Below are positions 27,693 to 41,299 of a stretch of 64,000 nt of DNA, in pieces. The notes below the pieces were generated by a model. The model was given only the letters and a program-made list of their open reading frames with translations. It ran no database searches and was not told where the DNA came from. The stretch is taken from the NCBI GenBank assembly GCA_964016885.1, contig OZ024742.1, forward strand, positions 181,908,001-181,972,000, in the 5' to 3' direction. The position numbers and the translations under genes are program-made. The stretch is from Eledone cirrhosa (taxonomy: Eukaryota). The number at the start of each line of letters is the position of its first letter. Positions within the stretch are counted from its first letter, which is position 1.

Positions 27693-29616
27693 TATATATA
27701 TGTATATATGTATATGCGTATATGTATATATGTATATATGAATATATACATATGTCTATGTATATATATTTATGTATGTATATGTATGTATATATATATA
27801 TGTGCATGTATGTATATGTTTACAATAGGTGTATATGATAGCATAATGTGTTTATGTATAATGAACACATAAGTCTTGCTATGGAAGTTTCAAGCTGTGA
27901 TGACATCACAGATAACCTCCGTAGCTGTGTGAGATTACCAAAGACTAGTGTTTCAGGATTCAGACCCGTCTTTAATGATGTTTACTTACTCAGGATTTAG
28001 GCAAAATAAGCTCTCGCTTTATAGATATTGCGTATGGTATATCTAAAATGTTGCTCATGTGCTTGACAGGCTTGTATCAATACTATGATTATATAGGGTA
28101 GTGGACTGGCAGACTCGGTAGTGTGTCGGATAGAATGCTTGACACTATTCGTTCCAGTACTTTGCGCTGTAAGTTCAAATCCCGCCATAGTCAACATTGC
28201 CTTTTGATAAAATAACGTACCAATTAAGTTGTAGGGTTGATATAATTGACTTTACCCTCGAAAATTACTGGCCTTTTGTTTAAAGTTGAAATCATTAAGT
28301 GCTACACACACACACACACATATATATATGTGTGTGTACTGGTTTGCATGTATCTATATGTGGATGCAGCATAGCCGAACAGTTAAAGAGTTCATTTCGC
28401 AATCTCTTGGTCATAGGTTCGTATCAGGGGGGTTATTCTTTGGCTATTCGTGTTCACCAATTCCTTATGAGTGAAATTGGATCGACGGAAAGCCTCTCAG
28501 TTAGACTGCACATGTAATTTAAAGGTGTCAAACATTGTGACAAGCTGAATCCCTCTTAGAATTATGTTTAGGGTGTTCGTGTCTGAGGAATGCTCAACCA
28601 CTTACACGTTAATTTAAGGGGTAAGCTGTTCCGTTGATTGAGCTAATAGAATATTCATCGTTGAAACCGGTAGAGGACCATGCCATTCCATTTCCTTATA
28701 TCTTAACACCATCTTCTGTTATTCTTGTCTAATTCGTGTAGTACTATAACCTTTAAGAATTGTCTGCGGGTTCAATTATTTTCAAATCTGAAAAACTGGG
28801 AATTATTTGTATAAAGCAAGATTGTCACTCTTCGCTGTTACATTTATACATCTTTTATACAAGTATAACAACTCCGTGTATCTCTACCTTGTATAAATAT
28901 TTGCTCGTTCTGTGTATATAGCAAACGTGCGACAATTTGCAGTTAATTTTACTCATCTTATATACCAGAACTATCTGTTTTGTATGTCTCACCACTTTAT
29001 AAAGCTCTGTGAATTTCGTGCAATCTCTTGTGAATTCCACCATTCTTATATACAAGGCCCATCTATAATATGTCTAGCATTCTATCCTTACTCTATATGC
29101 TTGTGCTCACGGTTCCATAACTCATGAGATAGTCGTAGGAGGCGCTGTATTGACAAACTGGCGTTTCTAGGATATTTTCTAACGTGGCGGAGCCCAACAA
29201 CTCTTCAGGTTTGATTACAGGAGATTTCTTCCAGAGAAGAATAGAGTGAGAGAATGGAAGTGAGAAAGAGATATTGAGTGAGAATCGATCCCAATACTAG
29301 ACTGGTACTTATCTTATCGACCTCGAATTGATGAAAGGCCTATTGACCACGCCGGGATTTGAACTCTGAGAGGAGACAGCCGAAAAGAATACCGCAAAAT
29401 ATGATATCCAACATTCTAACGACTCTGACAATTCGCCGTCTATTCTATATGAAGATGGCTCAATTCTGTGTAATAACCAGAAATTTACTGTTACATCTAT
29501 TATTCTTATTGTCTGTAGGTATGTCTCACATCAATCAATTTCTCTGAACAATGCAGGATACATCTATATATCTGTCTCTATACAAATAGTCATTCTATTA
29601 TAACAATAACTGCAAA

Positions 29617-30460
29617 AGCTGGCATCGTTGAGAGCAGCATGGCGTGGGAGGCGGCTGGCACTGAATCGACAGGAAAGTGGGTGGAGGCAAAAAAGTGTCT
29701 ACGGTGGAGCCGCAGCGGAATTTGGGTGTCTCGCAGATACGGAGGCTGAACCTCTGGAAACCCCGATGCGCAGGCTATCATTATCCAGCTGCGTGACAGT
29801 TGAAAATGAGGGTAAGGCATGGAGCCAGGCACCGCTGTGGTGTTGTGAGGTGGCGTGTTAGTCTGTCTGAGGTCATGTTGCACTGGATGGCATCCCATAT
29901 GCTCTGGGGGTTTTAACGTAAACAGGCGAAGAGGAGAAGAGACATCTACTGGGCTGGGCTGAGTCCGAGCCGGTTCCAAGTCTTGCAGGCGGCCTCACGT
30001 TCATCGCTCACAGTGGGTTCAATTGTGTTTTGGAGAACCTTGTTGATGAGGACACGGAAGGAGGTTACCGACGAAAGTAACACAGGCAAAGCCAGCGAAA
30101 CCGGGGATCTGAGGCGAAGGCCACCATTTCTAACAGGCAAGGTGGCCTGTTGGCATCTAATGTCGTCAAACCTGATGTTGTATATCTCATTAGCTGCCGC
30201 TAGGACATAAGTCTCGAGGTCAGCAAGGAGAAATGTGTGGTTGTAGCAAGGAGCGCTACGAAGTGTGTAGAGGAGCTTCGGCATCGCGAAGCTGTTCCTC
30301 AACAGGAAGAGGGCTGGATGGGCGTAATCATGCCCAGTCAGCTCGTGAGGGTCCTGAGCTGCTGGAGCCTGGACCTGAAGGTGGAGTGGATGGCCGGCGG
30401 GAAGATCGGTGACTCGAGTATGAGGACATCCTCGTTATGGGTTACTTGTTCCTGGAGAAT
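29617..30460 (-). pseudogene. CRE-like (restriction-endonuclease-type) non-LTR retrotransposon fragment
   Basis: Reads ALFLLRNSFAMPKLLYTLRSAPC, QQATLPVRNGGLRLRS, HSGAWLHALP and HPLSCRFSASRLPRHAALND, separated by frameshifts. Confidence 0.85.
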
Positions 30461-30831
30461 AATAGATCGCATGTCTCTATACTATATGAATATTTATAAA
30501 TTTCCATGGATGTAGGATATTCATGAGTTTGCTGTGGGTTTCATTTTTCTCATAAACAAGAACCATTTATATATCTAATCTATATATTCTATATACTCAG
30601 CTCTATATTAATACCTATCGATTGCTCAGAACAAAAACGGCTCACGACAGTTTCCTGTGAGTTCGATTACTTCACAAGTACCAACTATATCTCGCTCTTT
30701 ATCTTTATAAATAGTACTGGATTTTGCCGAACAATGCCGCATTACTAGTCTGCTGAAGGTTCTATTCTTGATATATATAAGAACTATCTACATATGTATA
30801 TATATCTCATTCATCATCATCATAATCCCCA

Positions 30832-31300
30832 TCTTCTTTCTTCATCTCCTTCTTTTTGGCCCACATATTCCAGAGGTCATAAGGGCAGAATTCGCAGACA
30901 CATATTCCAAAGGGTCCTATCAAAATCATCCGTATGCAAATGATGCGAATTTTTCCCAGTCGAGACCAGCCGAGCTCATGGATGCTATACAAATATCTTG
31001 CTCGAGGTCTACCTCTGGGTCTCCTGCCAGTTTGCTTTACCTCTTAAATATGTCCACTTATTCTTTTCTTAGACATTCTAACTACATGTCCAGAGTACCG
31101 GCGCTGTGATCTCTCGATGAAGACATGTAGCGGCTCTATATGGAGCAATTTCCTGGTCCCCGGGTAACGTTACTCCAAAGACTCTTCGGAGTAGTTCCAT
31201 TTCGGCCGCTTGCATTCACGATCGTATTCTTTTGGTCATTACTTATTAATATCCGAAAATCTCTGTGAAGGTAGTATAACTATTTTAGCCTCGTCTGAAG
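30832..31300 (-). pseudogene. RTE-clade LINE C-terminal fragment
   Basis: RIRS*MQAAEMELLRRVFGV...IEPLHVFIERSQRRYSGHVVRM...TGRRPRGRPRARYL...ELGWSRLG. Same family as 9881-10123. Confidence 0.85.
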
Positions 31301-31334
31301 ATGTCTGCCCCTCTCCTTTATGAATGAAGCAATA

Positions 31335-32905
31335 TTGTTGTAAGTTAGTTAACACAACATACCACAACAGTGTTGTGAGTTGGTTAACACAAAATATCAT
31401 AGTAGTTTTGTGAGTAGGTTAATACAACATAACAGTGGTGTGTGTTGGTTAATACAACACAGCAGTGTTGTGAGTTGGTTTATACAATATAGCTGAGCTT
31501 TCTTGTGAGCTGCTTACTACAACATAACACTGTTGTGAGTGGGTTAATACAACATACAATATAGCAGTGTTAGGAGTGGGTTAATACAACATAGCAGTTT
31601 TGTGAGTTGGTTAATACAACATACAACATAGCAGTGTTGTGAGTTGGTTAATACAACATACAACATAGCAGTGTTGTGAGTTGGTTAATACAGCATACAA
31701 CACATCGGATGAGTGTTGTGAGTTGGTTAATGCAACATACAACACAGCAATGTTGTGAGTTGGTTAATACAACATACAACATAGCAGTGTTGTTGTGAGT
31801 TGGTTAATACAACATACAACATAGCAATGTTGTGAGTTGGTTAATACAACATACAACATAGCAGTGTTGTGTGTTGGTTAATACAACATACAACATAGCA
31901 ATGTTGTGAGTTGGTTAATACAACATACAGCATAGCAGTGTTGTGAGTTGGTTAATACAACATACAACATAGCAGTGTTGTGAGTTGGTTAATACAACAT
32001 ACAACATAGCAGTGTTGTGAGTTGGTTAATACAACATACAACATGGCAGTGTTGTGAGTTGGTTAATACAACATACAACACAGCGGAGCAGTGTTGTGAG
32101 TGGGTTAATACAACATACAACATAGCAGTGTTGTGAGTTGGTTAATACAACATACAACATAGCAGTGTTGTGAGTTGGTTAATACAACATACAACATAGC
32201 AGTGTTGTGAGTTGGTTAATACAACATACAACATAGCAGTGTTGTGAGTTGGTTAATACAACATACAACACAGCAATGTTGTGAGTTGGTTAATACAACA
32301 TACAACATAGCAGTGTTGTGAGTTGGTTAATACAACATACAATATAGCAGTGTTGTGAGTGGGTTAATACAACATACAACATAGCAGTGTTGTTGTGAGT
32401 TGGTTAATACAACATACAACATAGCAGTGTTGTGAGTTGGTTAATACAACATACAACATAGCAGTGTTGTGAGTTGGTTAATACAACATACAACATAGCA
32501 GTGTTGTGAGTTGGTTAATACAACATACAACATAGCAGTGTTGTGTGTTGGTTAATACAGCATACAACATAGCAGTGTTGTGAGTTGGTTAATACAACAT
32601 ACAACATAGCAGTGTTGTGAGTTGGTTAATACAACATACAACATAGCAGTGTTGTGAGTTGGTTAATACAACATACAACATAGCAGTGTTGTGTGTTGGT
32701 TAATACAGCATACAACATAGCAGTGTTGTGAGTTGGTTAATACAACATACAACATAGCAGTGTTGTGTGTTGGTTAATACAGCATACAACATAGCAGTGT
32801 TGTGAGTTGGTTAATACAACATACAACATAGCAGTGTTGTGTGTTGGTTAATACAGCATACAACATAGCAGTGTTGTGAGTTGGTTAATACAACATACAA
32901 CATAG
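31335..32905. repeat. 37-bp minisatellite, roughly 40 copies
   Basis: Unit gcagtgttgtgagttggttaatacaacatacaacata. Degenerate and shorter units occur at 31335-31600; the array is homogeneous thereafter. Confidence 0.97.
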
Positions 32906-33084
32906 CGGAGCAGTTGTCTGCTTTTGATATTGATTTCTGGTCGGTTCTATAGACATCGTTGTCTAACGATGTCGTCGTTGCTCCTGTTACCAATAGCAGC
33001 AGATGCAGCAACCGCAACAACGGCAGCAGCAGCAGCAGTTGACGGGGAAGGGAAAGGGACGGACGTGGTGATGGTGGTGGTTTC

Positions 33085-36000
33085 GTGGTGATGTTGGTGG
33101 TGTTGGTGTGGTGGTGTTGGTGTGGTGGTGCTGGTGTTGGTGGTGTTGGTGTGGTGGTGTTGATGTGGTGGTGCTGGTGTTGGTGGTGTTGGTGTGGTGG
33201 TGTTGGTGTGGTGGTGTTGGTGTGGTGGTGCTGGTGTAGTGGTGCTGGTGTTGGTGGTGTAGGTGTGGTGGTGTTGGTGTCGGTGTGGTGATGTTGGTGT
33301 GGTGGTGTTGGTGTGGTGGTGTTGGTGTGGTGGTGTTGGTGTGGTGGTGTTGGTGTGGTGGTGCTGGTGTAGTGGTGCTGGTGTTGCTGGTGTAGGTGTG
33401 GTGGTGTTGGTGTTGGTGTGATGGTGGTGATGTTGGTGTGGTGGTGATGGTGTGGTGGTGTTGGTGTGGTGGTGTTGATGTAGTGGTGTTGATGTGGTGG
33501 TGTAGGTGGTGTTGGTGGTGTAGGTGAGATGGTGTTGGTGTTGGTGGTGTTGGTGGTGTTGGTGGTGTAGGTGTGGTGGTGTTGGTGTGGTGGTATTGGT
33601 GTGGTGGTGTTGATGTGGTGGTGTTGGTGTTGGTGGTGTTGGTGTTGGTGGTGTTGCGGTGTAGGTGTGGTGGTGTTGGTGTGGTGGTATTGGTGTGGTG
33701 GTGTTGATGTGGTGGTGTTGGTGTTGGTCGTGTTGGTGTTGGTGGTCTTGCGGTGTAGGTGTGGTGGTGTTGGTGATGTAGATGTGCTGGTGTTGGTGTG
33801 TGACGTTGGTGTGGTAGTGTCGATGTTGATGGTGTTGGTGTGGTGGTGTTGGTGATGATGGTGGTGTAGGTGTGGTGGTGTAGGTGTGGTGGTGTTTATG
33901 TGGTGGTGATGGTGTTGGTGGTGTTGGTGGTGATGGAGTTCGGTGTCGGTGTGGTGGTGTTGGTATGGTAGCGTTGCTGTGGTGATGTTGATGTGGTGGT
34001 GTTGGTGTGGTGGGGTTGGTGGTGTTGGTGTGGTGGTGTTGGTGTGGTGGTGATGGTAATGGTGGTGTTGGTGTGGTGGTGTTGCTGTGGTGGTGTTTGT
34101 GTGGTGGTGTTGGGGTGGTAGTGTTGGTGTGGTGATGTTGGTGTGGTAGTGTTGCTGTGGTGGTGATGGTGGTGGTGTTGGTGGTGGTGTTGGTGTGGTG
34201 GTGGTGTGGTGGTGGTGGTGTGGTGGTGGTGGTGTGGTGGTGTTGGTGGTGTGGTGGTGGTGTGGTGGTGATGGTGTGGTGGTGGTGGTGGTGGTGTGGT
34301 AGTGTTGGTGTCGTGGTATTGGTGGTGGTGGTGTTGATGTGGTGGTGTTGGTGTGGTGGTGTTGGTGTGGTGGTGTTTGTGTGGTGGTGTTGGTGTGGTG
34401 GTTTTGGTGTGGTGGTGTTGGTGTGGTGGTGTTTGTGTGGTGGTGATGGTGTCGTGGTGTGGTGGTGTTGTTGTGGTTGTGTTGGTGTTGTAGTGGTGGT
34501 GTGGTGATGTTGGTGTTGGTGTCGTGGTGTTGGTGTGGTGGTGTTGGTGTGGTGGTGTTAGTGTGGTAGTGTTGGTGTGGTGATGTTGGTGTTGGTGTTG
34601 GTGTGGGGGTGTTGGTGTGGTGATGTTGGTGTGGTGGTGTTGGTGTGGTAGTGTTGGTGTGGTGATGTTGATGGTGGTGTTGGTGTGGTAGTGTTGGTGT
34701 GGTGATGTTTGTGGTGGTGTTGGTGTGGTGGTGTTGGTGTCGTGGTGTTGGTGTCGTGGTGTTGGTGTCGTGGTGTTTGTGTGGTGGTGTTGGTGTGATA
34801 GTGTTGGTGTGGTGGTGACGGTGTAGTGGTGATGGTGTGGTAGTGTTGGTGTGGTAGTGTTGGTTTGGTGTTGATGGTGTGGTGGTGTTTGTGTGGTGGT
34901 GTTTGTGTGGTGGTGCTGGTGTTGGTGTGGTGGTGTTGGTGCGGTGGTGATGGTGTGGTGGTGTTGGTGTGGTAGTGTTGGTGTGGTGGTGCTGGTGTTG
35001 GTGTGGTGGTGTTGGTGTGGTGGTGTTGGTGTGGTGGTGATGGTGTGGTAGTGTTGGTGTGGTGGTGTTGGTGCAGTGGTGATGATGTGGTGGTGGTGTT
35101 GGTGTGGTGGTGCTGGTGTTGGTGTGGTGGTGTTGGTGTGGTGGTGTTGGTGTGGTGGTGTTGGTGGTGGTGATGGTGTGCTGGTGTTGGTGTGGTGGTG
35201 TAGGTGTAGTGGTGATGATGTGGTGGTGGTGTTGGTGTGGTGCTGCTGGTTTGGTTGTGGTGGTGTTGGTGTGGTGGTGTGGTGGTGTGGTGATGTTGGT
35301 GGTGGTGTTGGTGTGGTGGTGTTGGTTGCGTTGGTGTTGGTGGTGTTGCTGTGGTGGTGTCGGTGCGGTGCTGTTGGTGTGGTGATGTTGGTGTGGTGGT
35401 GTTAGTGTGGTAGTGTTGGTGTGGTGATGTTGGTGTTGGTGTGGTAGTGTTGGTGTCGTGGTATTGGTGGTGGTGTGGTGGTGATGTGGTGGTGTTGGTG
35501 TGGTGGTGTTGGTGTGGTGGTGTTTGTGTGGTGGTGTTGGTGTGGTGGTTTTGGTGTGGTGGTGTTGGTGTGGTGGTGTTTGTGTGGTGGTGATGGTGTC
35601 GTGGTGTGGTGGTGTTGTTGTGGTTGTGTTGGTGTTGTAGTGGTGGTGTGGTGATGTTGGTGTTGGTGTGGTGGTGTTGGTGTGGTGGTGTTGGTGTGGT
35701 GGTGTTAGTGTGGTAGTGTTGGTGTGGCGGTGTTGGTGTCGTGGTGTTGGTGTCGTGGTGTTGGTGTCGTGGTGTTTGTGTGGTGGTGTTGGTGTGATAG
35801 TGTTGGTGTGGTGGTGACGGTGTAGTGGTGATGGTGTGGTAGTGTTGGTGTGGTAGTGTTGGTTTGGTGTTGATGGTGTGGTGGTGTTTGTGTGGTGGTG
35901 TTTGTGTGGTGGTGCTGGTGTTGGTGTGGTGGTGTTGGTGTGGTGGTGATGGTGTGGTGGTGTTGGTGTGGTAGTGTTGGTGTGGTGGTGCTGGTGTTGG

Positions 36001-37740
36001 TGTGGTGGTGGTGGTGTGGTGGTGTTGGTGTGGTGGTGTTGGTGTGGTGGTGATGGTGTGGTAGTGTTGGTGTGGTGGTGTTGGTGTAGTGGTGATGATG
36101 TGGTGGTGGTGTTGGTGTGGTGGTGCTGGTGTTGGTGTGGTGGTGTTGGTGTGGTGGTGTTGGTGGTGGTGATGGTGTGGTGGTGTTGGTGTGGTGGTGT
36201 TGGTGTAGTGGTGATGATGTGGTGGTGGTGTTGGTGTGGTGCTGCTGGTTTGGTTGTGGTGGTGTTGGTGTGGTGGTGTGGTGGTGTGGTGGTGTTGGTG
36301 GTGGTGTTGGTGTAGTGGTGTTGGTTGCGTTGGTGTTGGTGGTGTTGCTGTGGTGGTGTCCGTGCGGTGCTGTTGGTGTGGTGATGTTGGTGTGGTGGTG
36401 TTAGTGTGGTAGTGTTGGTGTGGTGATGTTGGTGTTGGTGTTGGTGTGGTAGTGTTGGTGTCGTGGTATTGGTGGTGGTGTGGTGGTGATGTGGTGGTGT
36501 TGGTGTGCTGGTGTTGGTGTGGTGGTGTTTGTGTGGTGGTGTTGGTGTGGTGGTTTTGGTGTGGTGGTGTTGGTGTGGTGGTGTTTGTGTGGTGGTGATG
36601 GTGTCGTGGTGTGGTGGTGTTGTTGTGGTTGTGTTGGTGTTGTAGTGGTGGTGTGGTGATGTTGGTGTTGGTGTGGTGGTGTTGGTGTGGTGGTGTTGGT
36701 GTGGTGGTGTTAGTGTGGTAGTGTTGGTGTGGCGGTGTTGGTGTCGTGGTGTTGGTGTCGTGGTGTTGGTGTCGTGGTGTTTGTGTGGTAGTGTTGGTGT
36801 GATAGTGTTGGTGTGGTGGTGACGGTGTAGTGGTGATGGTGTGGTAGTGTTGGTGTGGTAGTGTTGGTTTGGTGTTGATGGTGTGGTGGTGTTTGTGTGG
36901 TGGTGTTTGTGTGGTGGTGCTGGTGTTGGTGTGGTGGTGTTGGTGTGGTGGTGATGGTGTGGTGGTGTTGGTGTGGTAGTGTTGGTGTGGTGGTGCTGGT
37001 GTTGGTGTGGTGGTGTTGGTGTGGTGGTGTTGGTGTGGTGGTGATGGTGTGGTAGTGTTGGTGTGGTGGTGTTGGTGTAGTGGTGATGATGTGGTGGTGG
37101 TGTTGGTGTGGTGGTGCTGGTGTTGGTGTGGTGGTGTTGGTGTGGTTGTGTTGGTGGTGGTGATGGTGTGGTGGTGTTGGTGTGGTGGTGTTGGTGTAGT
37201 GGTGATGATGTGGTGGTGGTGTTGGTGTGGTGCTGCTGGTTTGGTTGTGGTGGTGTTGGTGTGGTGGTGTGGTGGTTTGGTGGTGTTGGTGGTGGTGTTG
37301 GTGTAGTGGTGTTGGTTGCGTTGGTGTTGGTGGTGTTGCTGTGGTGGTGTCCGTGCGGTGCTGTTGGTGTGGTGATGTTGGTGTGGTGGTGTTAGTGTGG
37401 TAGTGTTGGTGTGGTGATGTTGGTGTTGGTGTTGGTGTGGGGGTGTTGGTGTGGTGATGTTGGTGTGGTGGTGTTGGTGTGGTAGTGTTGGTGTGGTGAT
37501 GTTGATGGTGGTGTTGGTGTGGTAGTGTTGGTGTGGTGATGTTTGTGGTGGTGTTGGTGTGGTGGTGTTGGTAGTGTTGGTGTGGTGGTGTAGGTGTGGT
37601 AGTGTTGGTGTGATTTTGTTGGTGTGGTGGTGATGGTGGTTGTGGTGTTGGTGTGGTAGTGTTGCTGTGTTGGTGTTGGTAGTGTTGGTGTGTTGGTGTG
37701 GTAGTGATGGTGGTGTTAGTGGTGTCATGGTTGATGTTAG
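33085..37740. repeat. GT-rich satellite (ggtgtggtggtgtt-type units) with ~1-kb higher-order repeat
   Basis: Marker ttggttgcg at 35322, 36321 and 37312; marker gacggtgtag at 34817, 35816 and 36821. Confidence 0.95.
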
Positions 37741-38369
37741 TGGTGTGGTGGTGTGTTGGCTGACGGCAGTGATGGCCGTGAAGCTGATGGTAGTGGTAGT
37801 GTTTGTGTGGCTGTGGTGGTGGTGGTGTTGGTGGTGTGGCTTATAGATGTGGTGGGGTGGCTAATAGTGGTGATGTTGGCATCTGTGAGTGTGATAATGA
37901 AGGTAGTGCTGCTACTGTTGCTGAAGATTGTGATAACTAAATGAACAAATAGTGATAGTGATGATGGTGTAAATGCTGTTTTATAGCCACAGGACAGCCC
38001 TGGTTAAAGAGCTCGATCATCAAAGCACTCCACTCTTAATCAATTTCGACATTTCTTTTTCAGATATCGATATCGTGTTTGATGAATACATTATCTAGGG
38101 TGTCATAAAAAAAAAACTACAAAAAAAAACAAAAAACGAATGACTGCTGTGTATACATTGAGGAAGGTTTGGCTGTTATTTCTAGTAGATGTAGCAAGCA
38201 TTTAGATACTCGGGGGTAATGTTGGTGATGTTGTTAATACTGAGATGCGACGCTGCTGTACTGCTATTGCAGCTACTGCAGTCACTGTTGCTGCTGTTAG
38301 TGTAGGTCTTGTGCAACTGTGCAGCTACTGCACATCTTGAGACGGTGGGCTACTCATGTGTGGATATCT

Positions 38370-38905
38370 TTAATGTTAATGATAATTTTGATGATGATGT
38401 TAATTATGATGTTAGTGATGATGAAAACGATGATGATGATAATGATGATGACAATGATGAAAATGATATCGCAATGATAATAACGTTAAAATGAATGATG
38501 ATGATGATGATGATTATGATGGCAACAACGATGATGATGATGATGTACATGATGGTTATAGTGTTGGTGTTAATGATAATAATGATGCTAATGGTGATTA
38601 TGGTGATGAGGAGTATACATGGAAATTATGATTGTGATGACTAGTGTGATGCTAGGAGGATTATGATTACAATAAATGCAATAAAGATGAACGAAAGGAT
38701 GGTGAGATGAAGTGGAGTCTAAAGGTGATTATATTCGGAATATGATAATAGTTATAATAATGATGAAGATAATGGTGATGATGTTGAAGATGATGGTGAT
38801 GATGGCAATGATGGTGGTGATGATGTCGATGTCGGCGATTGTTGAGATGATGATGATGAAGATGAAGATGACGATGACAATGCGACTACAACGATAATGA
38901 TAATT
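38370..38905. repeat. Degenerate (GAT)n low-complexity tract
   Basis: Read directly; complementary (CAT/CAC)n tracts lie at 42340-42612, 44897-45042 and 57765-58090. Confidence 0.9.
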
Positions 38906-40173
38906 AGGATGGTAATGCTGAAGGGGTTGAAATGGAAGAGAAGATCATGATAAAGAGGAAGAGGAAAAAAGAAAAGAAGGAAGGACGAACAGGTTTATTG
39001 ACCCATCAGTGAACTTAGTAAAGATAGTCTAAAGAAAACGAATGTCCTCATATATCAGTGTTATCAGGGACACTATAACGTAATGACATTTTCATTAATA
39101 CCCAGTCTTGAAAATCTCAACTGTTTAGAAATGAAAATGAAATGAAAATTACAGCTCACGTCTATACATGTTTAGATGGCTTTGTACGAGGTTGCATCTC
39201 ATAGAAGGTTTTTCTTGGGTTTTAAGCAACGTGAAATAAAGCGTCTTGCTCAAGAACACAACGCACTGCCAGGTCCAGGAATCGAATACACTATCTTATA
39301 AGTCCAATACCTTCTTATAAGCCACATGCCTTCACGAAAACCTTAAAAGGAAAGCATCGTAGTGCTCATACTAACCTCCACTTCAATATAACATTGATCG
39401 GGCAACGTGGGAAGTTGTCATACACCTAGATCACCAAATACGGACACATCACAACATTTTCCAGCTCATTTATTTCCAGATCCGTACCAAATTATCCGTT
39501 TTGGCGAACTAACATAGGGCACTTAATAATAGTTCAGCGTAAAATCCTAGGAGATTGCCGTCATGTTATTAATAGTATTTTCGCTACGAAACCTTTTCAA
39601 TATACCCTTGTTTATTCCTTAATAACACACCACGGAGGAGGAAACGCTCGCTCTATATCTTAAACATCGCTATACAAATAATTGCATATGATTTTGTCCG
39701 TCTGTCACATGAGCACTAGATTCTCACAATAAGTCGTTCTAAAATGTTCATTTAATCTTCCTGAAACACAAATGTAAGACAAAAAGAAAAAAACCTGTAC
39801 AGACAAATGGTCTAAAATTCGTTTTCTCTCAACTGGGTTTTGTTCTCTCTTCTTCTTTATCCTTTATCTCTATCTAGAGTGAGATAAAGATAGAAAGAGT
39901 TGGGGAGAGAGAGAGGGGAAAGAGCAAGAGTGGGAAATAGAGTGAGGGAGAGACATGAAATATATCTATATAAAGCCAGTAAGAAAATTATTCAACTTAG
40001 AACTCCATATTTAAGTAAGTAAGGTGTAGATATTAAAGGATAAAGAACCCGGCGGTCAAAATTAACCGTTTAAGTTTGACCGCATGGCTTACAGGTCATA
40101 TAACAACATCAACAATATACTGTCCTTAACATAAGTGTAGTAAGTTGAATAATAGACATACTCGTCTTATGTG

Positions 40174-40297
<124 letters not shown>

Positions 40298-40639
40298 GAA
40301 GTCAGGTTGTTAAGAGGTTAGACGGTAGAGTTTGCATCGTGTGTTTGTAAGTTCGATTCCCAGGTGGAGTGAGACGCTGTGCCCTTGATTATGACACTGT
40401 TGCTCCAGTTTACTCCACTGTAGAAATGAATTGCAACATCACTGGTGCCAAGCTGTATCGGCCAACATCGGTGGCGTGGAGATGTGCTCTCACAAACAAC
40501 CTTGCTTAGACTTATGCCTCGCAGACTCGTACCCGAATGGGGTCTTTACCTTTTACCATCTTATGCATGTATATGTACATATATATAGGTATGTATGCAT
40601 GTATGTATATATGTATGTATATATGTATGTATTTTTGGT

Positions 40640-40955
40640 AAATATCATCTTGGTTAAGAGAGTGGGACTGGCTTTGTGCAGTGCCTTTGCTCACTATAAA
40701 AGCTTCACGGCACAGGCATTGCTTTATATCTGGAGATCTCTCTGCACTTGTCGTCACATGGTACCATGGGAGACATCACTATGTGTCAATATTTGTCACA
40801 AATGTAGTGTTTGTACCAGAGTTTTCAAGTCGCTGACTGGACTAAAAAGTCACACTCGTTCAGCGCATCGGTAGGGGTTCTCCTACATGGATATAAAGTA
40901 GTGGCCGTACTCGAAAACGAGTGGGCAGCCACCATATATGTATGTATGTATGCAT
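40640..40955 (+). mobile_element. LINE 3' end with terminal C2H2 finger (RTE-like) and (TATG)n tail
   Basis: CSVCTRVFKSLTGLKSHTRSAHR*, then a short UTR ending gggcagccacc, then tatg repeats. Confidence 0.65.
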
Positions 40956-41162
40956 ATGTATATGTATGCATATATGCATATATGCATATATTTATATAAC
41001 AAATGGAATGTGGTATATATAACAATATATATATAACAAATAGTGGGTAATATAAAGCGAGTCAGGACCCCGACGGCTGAGCTCCGGCCGTTTCGACAGC
41101 TAGATCCGAACTGTTCGGATCTAGCTGTCGAAACGACCAACCGTCGGGATCCTGATACTCTT

Positions 41163-41258
<96 letters not shown>

Positions 41259-41299
41259 CGCGCGGGCGCGTGTGTGTATGTGAGTGTGTGTTTGTATCT

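Noticed and set aside
31335-32905. CRISPR-like 37-bp repeat with dyad symmetry
   Set aside because: Units are head-to-tail with no spacers, there are no cas genes, and the context is eukaryotic.
34558-37728. 1056-aa His/Thr/Pro/Gln ORF resembling a mucin or histidine-rich protein
   Set aside because: It lies wholly in the GT satellite. The C/A-rich strand rarely forms stops, the peptide alternates between repeat phases, and there is no domain or signal peptide.
40790-40874. C2H2 zinc-finger host gene exon
   Set aside because: A single finger followed by a stop, a short UTR and a (TATG)n tail fits a LINE 3' end better.
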